Source of the DNA: Bdellovibrio sp.
GTDB lineage: Bacteria > Bdellovibrionota > Bdellovibrionia > Bdellovibrionales > Bdellovibrionaceae
NCBI GenBank assembly: GCA_036677065.1
Contig: JAKFBS010000002.1
Span: 608,001-672,000 of the forward strand
Length of the DNA stretch: 64,000 nt
Direction: 5' to 3'
Shown here: positions 58,857 to 64,000 of the stretch, piece by piece
Position numbering within the stretch: the stretch's first letter is position 1
Layout: every line of letters starts with the position of its first letter
The notes under the pieces: generated by a model
Databases searched by the model: none
What the model was told of the DNA's origin: nothing
What the model saw: only the letters and a program-made list of their open reading frames with translations
Position numbers and translations under genes: made by a program

Positions 58857-61800
58857 ATGAAAAATTTTAAATTTTATCTATTATTATTTTTATTATTAAG
58901 CGGCTGTACTGGTTCTATTTTAGAAGAAGAACTTTTATCTAATCTGTCACAAAAAGGTGCCGGCGGTATTGAGCTTGATGAATACATCCCGCCAGGAATT
59001 CAATTCGTTGAAAACACGACTCAGGGTATGCAACAAGAAGGTTTTCCATATCTTCGTAACAACAGAACTTTTAATATCAAATGGATTATCAAAACCTGTG
59101 ATCCCGTAAATAATCCGTTGGATGCCTCATGCGCTAATTTACCTACAGGCACTGCCGAAAATCCAGATCCGGGCTTTTATATTACTCGTTTAGAATACAC
59201 ATCCGGAACAACTTACGTGCAGATTCCGGGCGCTACCAGTCTTGGTGGCTATAATGACCAAATTCAAAGTTTCAGTTGGTCAATTCCAATTTCTTTAACT
59301 GATGAAGGCGCTGATTTTCGTTTTAGATTAATCACACGCAATGCCAAACTTGAAGATTTCTTTGCAACTTCAAGTAGTTTTATTATGGATAGCAGCGCAC
59401 CTGTTATTCAAACTGGTTCGTTAACTTTTAATGGCTCGGCCGACACCCCGTTAAACCTGAAATCTCCGGGTGTTAATATTGATTTTAATGCCGATGATAA
59501 TTATTCTCCGGTTGAAAGTTTTTGTTTAAAAGATTCAGCAGCTATTCCAACTGCAGATCATGCCTGCTGGTTAAAAATCACTTCTTTAGGTTTAACTGAA
59601 AGTAAAAACTTACAAGTTAAAAACTTAAAACGTGTTCTTGGCTGGATCGGCGGATCTTTTACTTTCTATTTCTGGATTAAAGACAAAGCCGGTAACTACT
59701 CACGTTTAACAAACGATGTCGGCGATGAAACAATCGACCGTCGCACTATTTCTTATGCTCCGGGGCGCAGTATTGCCTTCTTAAAAAACATTGCGGCAAA
59801 CGATGATTCGGTTACAGATAATCCGGCACTTGATAAAACCGTAATCAATGCTTCTGCTCCGACTGTTTTTATCAAGTGGAGCTACACCATCGATCAGAAT
59901 ACAACTCTAGATTCTGTTGAACCTTATAAAATTGAATACTCGACAGACGGTTCGACCTTTCAAAACATCACCGGTGTAAGTGAAACCGCTTTACTTGATA
60001 GTGAAATTTCAAACGACGTCAATGTGAATTGCCAAACTGTTCCTTCACAAGATCCGGCATCTATTGATAGCTGTTATGCTTGGACAGTTCCTGCAAGTCT
60101 TCATAACATTCCGTTCTACATTCGTGTCCATGTGCGTGATTCGGCAGGTTTCGTTTATTCAATCAGTACAAATCCTTTCAATCTGAGCACATCAACTAGC
60201 TTAGACGGAAAAGTTCAGGGTTTACGTTTTGCGGCCGGCCTTTCAGATTCATTAATCGGCGCCTCGGCGCTGAACACAAAATTTGATATCGATACGGCTT
60301 ATTCTCGCACTGGCGGAAAACTGGTTGTGCATGAAGATGGGCGCATGTTTGTCTTAGATAACAGTGCAGGCATTATTGAAATCAGTCAGTTCGACGGTCG
60401 CGCACGATTATATATTAAAAAATCTACTGCATCAGTTGACGGTTATGCTGTTGATTCGCCAGATTTGTTAGCCGGGCGAACAGAAGCAGTCACTTCAAAT
60501 ATTATTAAAATTTCTCTCGATTATAAAGGCCGCCTGATCATCATGGAAAATAACCGTATTCGTCAGGTAACAGATGAACGTGATGCTCAGGGTAATTTAA
60601 CCGGCGTTCGTTACGTGAAAACTATTGTTGGTTGTTTACAAACACCGACATCAAATTGTTATTACAATAACACTTATAAAAATACGGCTTACAATGCTAA
60701 AGTGCCAATTCAGTATTGGCAAAATGCGTGGATCAATGCCGATGAATTTACATTTCCCGGCCCAGTTAACGACTGGAACCGCCAATTCAGACATTTCACC
60801 GCACTTCCTAACGGCGATATTTATTTTTCTGTGAATGCTGACTACACGCAAATCTCGACGGCTTTGGCAAGTAGCGCAAACAGCTGGAGAGCCTTAGACT
60901 TTCGTATTTACCGTCCAGATGCAGATCCGACAAAACCTGGAAAGTTACTTCCCTTGAAATTAACCGGCTATGGCGTTTTAGGTGAGCCCTTTAAACCGAT
61001 TTCAGAATTGTATCCACAATCAATGGGCGGCCTGACATTTAATCCAATCACCGGAAATCCGACAACTCTTGCCATGTTCTGGGATTACTGCCCGCCAAAC
61101 ACAACAGCCCAGTGCGAATATTTTACTTCAAATCATAATCCTAAAACCGGCCAATCCAACGGCACCGGTACACATTACTATTCATACACCATGTCGATCA
61201 AAAATTCGCTCGCTAAAGGTTATGTTGATTCACACACTTTCAGATATTTTACTTCACGCCGCGGCGAACTTTATGCTTACAACACGAACCAATTTGAAAA
61301 AGTGTTGGGTAAATTAAATACTTCGACCAACAAGTTCGAAAGAATCTTGGGCGGTATTGGCTACGATGGCTATTGCGCCGATGGCACCTTGGCGATAGCT
61401 TGCCCTAATTATATTCGCGATGCTTGGGTAACCCAAGATAACACCGTCTTTTTTATTGATGGTCAGCAAATTCGCATGATCGGCGCCGATGGCCGCGTAG
61501 TTACATTGTTTGGTCGCAAACCTGCTGATCGCAGTGGCCTTGAAGCAACCCTTTCAACCCTAGGCCGCTTTGAGAATTTCGGTAAATGGTATGACACTAA
61601 CACATCGACTGAAAAGTTTGTACTGCGCGAATACGATAGTATTTTAGTGCGCGAATTCAGCATGGATAAAAAAATTGAAACCATCGCCGGCAATGAAACT
61701 ACAAATTGGGGACTCACTTGGAAAGCTGCGGCCTCAAAACCCGGTTATTTTGTTTCGACTAAATTAGCTAATGCTGAAATGGGCGCATGGACTCAAGCTC

Positions 61801-62723
61801 ACTACATTCATCCACCGGTCACTGTTGATCCGACTAATGGTGAAGTTTTTGATTTTTCACCTGAAACCAATCGCTCAGTGATGAAATTAATCCGCTCTGG
61901 CAATCCAAGCGATGCCGGCCGCTGGCTGCGTATTTTAGGTGGCGGTAGTGCGGCTACACCGTATCTTAATACTAAAGGTACAAGCTCTTGCGATGGCAAA
62001 ATGAACACCCAATGTCGCGGTGATTCTAATGGTGCCAACTTTATCTTAGGCTACGTTCCGGCTAAAAACATTATCGTTAACGGTAATCCCGAAGTGCGCC
62101 CGGCGCAAATCATCACGCAATATAGCCGAGCGTTTAGCAATATCTGGCAACAAAATTATCTAAAACTTGTAAACACAGATACAGGCCAGCAAACCCATGT
62201 CATGGGAAACAACGATCTAGCTTCTTCTTGGGATGCCCTGCACTTCCCGAATACTTTCTCGCCTGTATCGGTCGCCGCGACTAATAATATTGATATATTA
62301 TATAACGCTGCACGAATCATCTATGATGAAAATAGAGATGCTTTACTAGTCACCCGCTACGGCGGGACTATGATCGGCGCGATTAGCTTTAAATCTAACT
62401 CCAATGAACAAATCACCGAAGCTGATAAATACTTCAACATCACCGCCGTCGGAAATGGAACCATTCTATCTTTCACGCACAATCTTCAAGAAGGTGCTGA
62501 CGTATTTTATTACTGCAACAATAGCGGTCGCCTATATCGTCGTGTTGTTACAGCAGGTTTTTCTTCTGAAATTATTTTACCTTTACCAACCGGCATGACT
62601 TGTTTTGGTCGTACGCTCGAAAAAACTGTTGATGACAACAATGGCGTTATCAAACTTTATTTTCCGGCGGCTTTCAAAGGTCAATATATGATGGGAGAAT
62701 ACAGTGTATCGCTTGATCTTTAG
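58857..62723 (+). CDS. Large lipoprotein with Ig-like beta-sandwich region and NHL/beta-propeller-like region
   Basis: LSGC lipobox; DSSAP, KDKAGN; GYCADGTLAIAC, IRMIGADGRVVTLFG, IETIAGN. Confidence 0.75.
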   Translation: MKNFKFYLLLFLLLSGCTGSILEEELLSNLSQKGAGGIELDEYIPPGIQFVENTTQGMQQEGFPYLRNNRTFNIKWIIKTCDPVNNPLDASCANLPTGTAENPDPGFYITRLEYTSGTTYVQIPGATSLGGYNDQIQSFSWSIPISLTDEGADFRFRLITRNAKLEDFFATSSSFIMDSSAPVIQTGSLTFNGSADTPLNLKSPGVNIDFNADDNYSPVESFCLKDSAAIPTADHACWLKITSLGLTESKNLQVKNLKRVLGWIGGSFTFYFWIKDKAGNYSRLTNDVGDETIDRRTISYAPGRSIAFLKNIAANDDSVTDNPALDKTVINASAPTVFIKWSYTIDQNTTLDSVEPYKIEYSTDGSTFQNITGVSETALLDSEISNDVNVNCQTVPSQDPASIDSCYAWTVPASLHNIPFYIRVHVRDSAGFVYSISTNPFNLSTSTSLDGKVQGLRFAAGLSDSLIGASALNTKFDIDTAYSRTGGKLVVHEDGRMFVLDNSAGIIEISQFDGRARLYIKKSTASVDGYAVDSPDLLAGRTEAVTSNIIKISLDYKGRLIIMENNRIRQVTDERDAQGNLTGVRYVKTIVGCLQTPTSNCYYNNTYKNTAYNAKVPIQYWQNAWINADEFTFPGPVNDWNRQFRHFTALPNGDIYFSVNADYTQISTALASSANSWRALDFRIYRPDADPTKPGKLLPLKLTGYGVLGEPFKPISELYPQSMGGLTFNPITGNPTTLAMFWDYCPPNTTAQCEYFTSNHNPKTGQSNGTGTHYYSYTMSIKNSLAKGYVDSHTFRYFTSRRGELYAYNTNQFEKVLGKLNTSTNKFERILGGIGYDGYCADGTLAIACPNYIRDAWVTQDNTVFFIDGQQIRMIGADGRVVTLFGRKPADRSGLEATLSTLGRFENFGKWYDTNTSTEKFVLREYDSILVREFSMDKKIETIAGNETTNWGLTWKAAASKPGYFVSTKLANAEMGAWTQAHYIHPPVTVDPTNGEVFDFSPETNRSVMKLIRSGNPSDAGRWLRILGGGSAATPYLNTKGTSSCDGKMNTQCRGDSNGANFILGYVPAKNIIVNGNPEVRPAQIITQYSRAFSNIWQQNYLKLVNTDTGQQTHVMGNNDLASSWDALHFPNTFSPVSVAATNNIDILYNAARIIYDENRDALLVTRYGGTMIGAISFKSNSNEQITEADKYFNITAVGNGTILSFTHNLQEGADVFYYCNNSGRLYRRVVTAGFSSEIILPLPTGMTCFGRTLEKTVDDNNGVIKLYFPAAFKGQYMMGEYSVSLDL

Positions 62724-64000
62724 AGCGCTCCTGCTCGTATTAATTTTTACTTCTTGTTCTGGCTCAATGGAAGATCTTTCAAGCCTTGAAGCTTCAAAAG
62801 GTTTTATCACTGACGGAGAAAACGTCGAAACACCTCCGGCGGTAGATCCTGGATTGGAAACTGATCCCGGCAACGCCGGCTCTGTTCCTAGTGACGGCTC
62901 TGGTGATGGTTCAAACGTTGGCGATGGCGATGGCAACTCTTTACCGCCGGCAGCACCGGTGATTGAAATTTTAAACGTAAATTCAAATTACTTTCGCGGT
63001 GGAGTAACTCAAGATCTGATTTTTCGTGTCACTTCACGCGTGGGTTCTGTAAGTTTAGTTGAATATGTTGTGGCCTGCCCTACACCAACTGCGGTTCCTG
63101 AATTTAGTATCTTAACTGGTGGAACTTCAAATACGACATCAGCTGTCACTATTCAATCAGGCGTGGTCTCAGTCGGCGCCGGCGAAGACACGACAGTTTC
63201 CTGGGCGACGCCGAATTTAGCCGGTGTGCGCTGCCGAAAAATCGATAATTCTTTCGAACAAGCTGATAACCGTTTTAAAATTCGCATCACCAGCGTCGGT
63301 GAATCAAACTTATCAAGCTCAGCAGAAAGCCAGGAATTTCAAATCGATTCTGAAGCGCCGATCTTAGCTTCAAGTGGTCTTACATGCATTGGTGGTAACT
63401 GCGTTATCGGTGGAGTTTCTAACTTACAAGTTTCAGGAGTTTACGATTTAGTAACACCGGTTGCTGATATCTGTTTAAAAATGGATGATGCAACGACTCC
63501 TGATGTAAATGATGTTTGCTGGACACCGCTTTCAAGTTTAGGTATTGCCGTGCCAACACTTACACCGGCGAATTTTGCATTTAATTATTTCTTAGGTTTT
63601 TTACCTTTCACGATGACAGGCTATTTCTGGACAAAAGATTCTGCCGGAAATATTTCTGAGCTGTCTTCAGCTGGTACTGGCACAGCGGCCCGCGATAGTT
63701 TAAGTATTACAACCAGTGGTACAACCCGCTTTGTAAATGATTACGCAGCCCTTTCAGCATCATCAACGGGCCTTTATCATCATGCGGCTGCCGGCGAATT
63801 TTTAACGATGCCAAGCGCCAGTGTTTCAGGAATAAAAACTTATCTTGAATCATCGGCTAACTTTAGTTTAACGGTTCCAGCTCATGATAGTTTAAACTTA
63901 GCACCCAATGGTGAAATATTTGCTAAATCCGAAGACGGCGTTTATCGCTTCGATACAAAAATTTTAGATGATGCCCCAGGGTCTACTATTAAATCTTCGT
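62704..64000 (+). CDS. Large lipoprotein paralogous to 58857-62723, truncated by window end (absent from ORF track)
   Basis: GTG62704 MYRLIFRALLLVLIFTSC; frame open to 64000; IDSEAP, ICLK..P..D.CW, FWTKDSAGNIS. Confidence 0.8.
   Translation, partial: MYRLIFRALLLVLIFTSCSGSMEDLSSLEASKGFITDGENVETPPAVDPGLETDPGNAGSVPSDGSGDGSNVGDGDGNSLPPAAPVIEILNVNSNYFRGGVTQDLIFRVTSRVGSVSLVEYVVACPTPTAVPEFSILTGGTSNTTSAVTIQSGVVSVGAGEDTTVSWATPNLAGVRCRKIDNSFEQADNRFKIRITSVGESNLSSSAESQEFQIDSEAPILASSGLTCIGGNCVIGGVSNLQVSGVYDLVTPVADICLKMDDATTPDVNDVCWTPLSSLGIAVPTLTPANFAFNYFLGFLPFTMTGYFWTKDSAGNISELSSAGTGTAARDSLSITTSGTTRFVNDYAALSASSTGLYHHAAAGEFLTMPSASVSGIKTYLESSANFSLTVPAHDSLNLAPNGEIFAKSEDGVYRFDTKILDDAPGSTIKSS

Overview
AT-rich bacterial chromosome segment whose gene content suggests a Bdellovibrionota predator (inference, from the many secreted or lipoprotein hypotheticals, sigma54/sigma28-type promoters, DUF1566-tipped fibre-like proteins and a Y1 transposase). 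Layout: (1) 1-22.7 kb accessory stress, metal and transport genes: two Hsp20, erythromycin-esterase family, epimerase-VKOR fusion, two sensor kinases, PLD, ChrA, MepB, DbpA, CopA plus a Met-rich protein, SDR/TetR. (2) 22.8-29.6 kb integrase-less island next to tRNA-Leu(TAA), bounded by a 35-bp direct repeat; it carries kup, a putative toxin-antitoxin pair between two ~115-bp repeats that start with the tRNA 3' end, and orphan membrane genes. (3) 29.7-47 kb core-like block with IMPDH/GMPR, murI, YiiX-like, MepA-like, lysA, mpaA, dapD, LolC/E, a degenerate ABC ATPase and ridA. (4) 47-52.3 kb three permuted papain-like hydrolases and a RAYT-type HUH transposase surrounded by a GGGGCA(T/A)TGCCCC palindrome, four copies of which lie inside coding sequences. 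(5) phoD, then an operon of four large exported proteins behind a sigma28-like promoter, running off the window end. The best candidates for new biology are the RAYT/intragenic-REP locus, the expanded permuted NlpC/P60 family, the C-type-lectin-tipped fibre operon, and a possible peptidoglycan-to-lysine salvage cluster. All calls come from motif reading only; no database searches were run.
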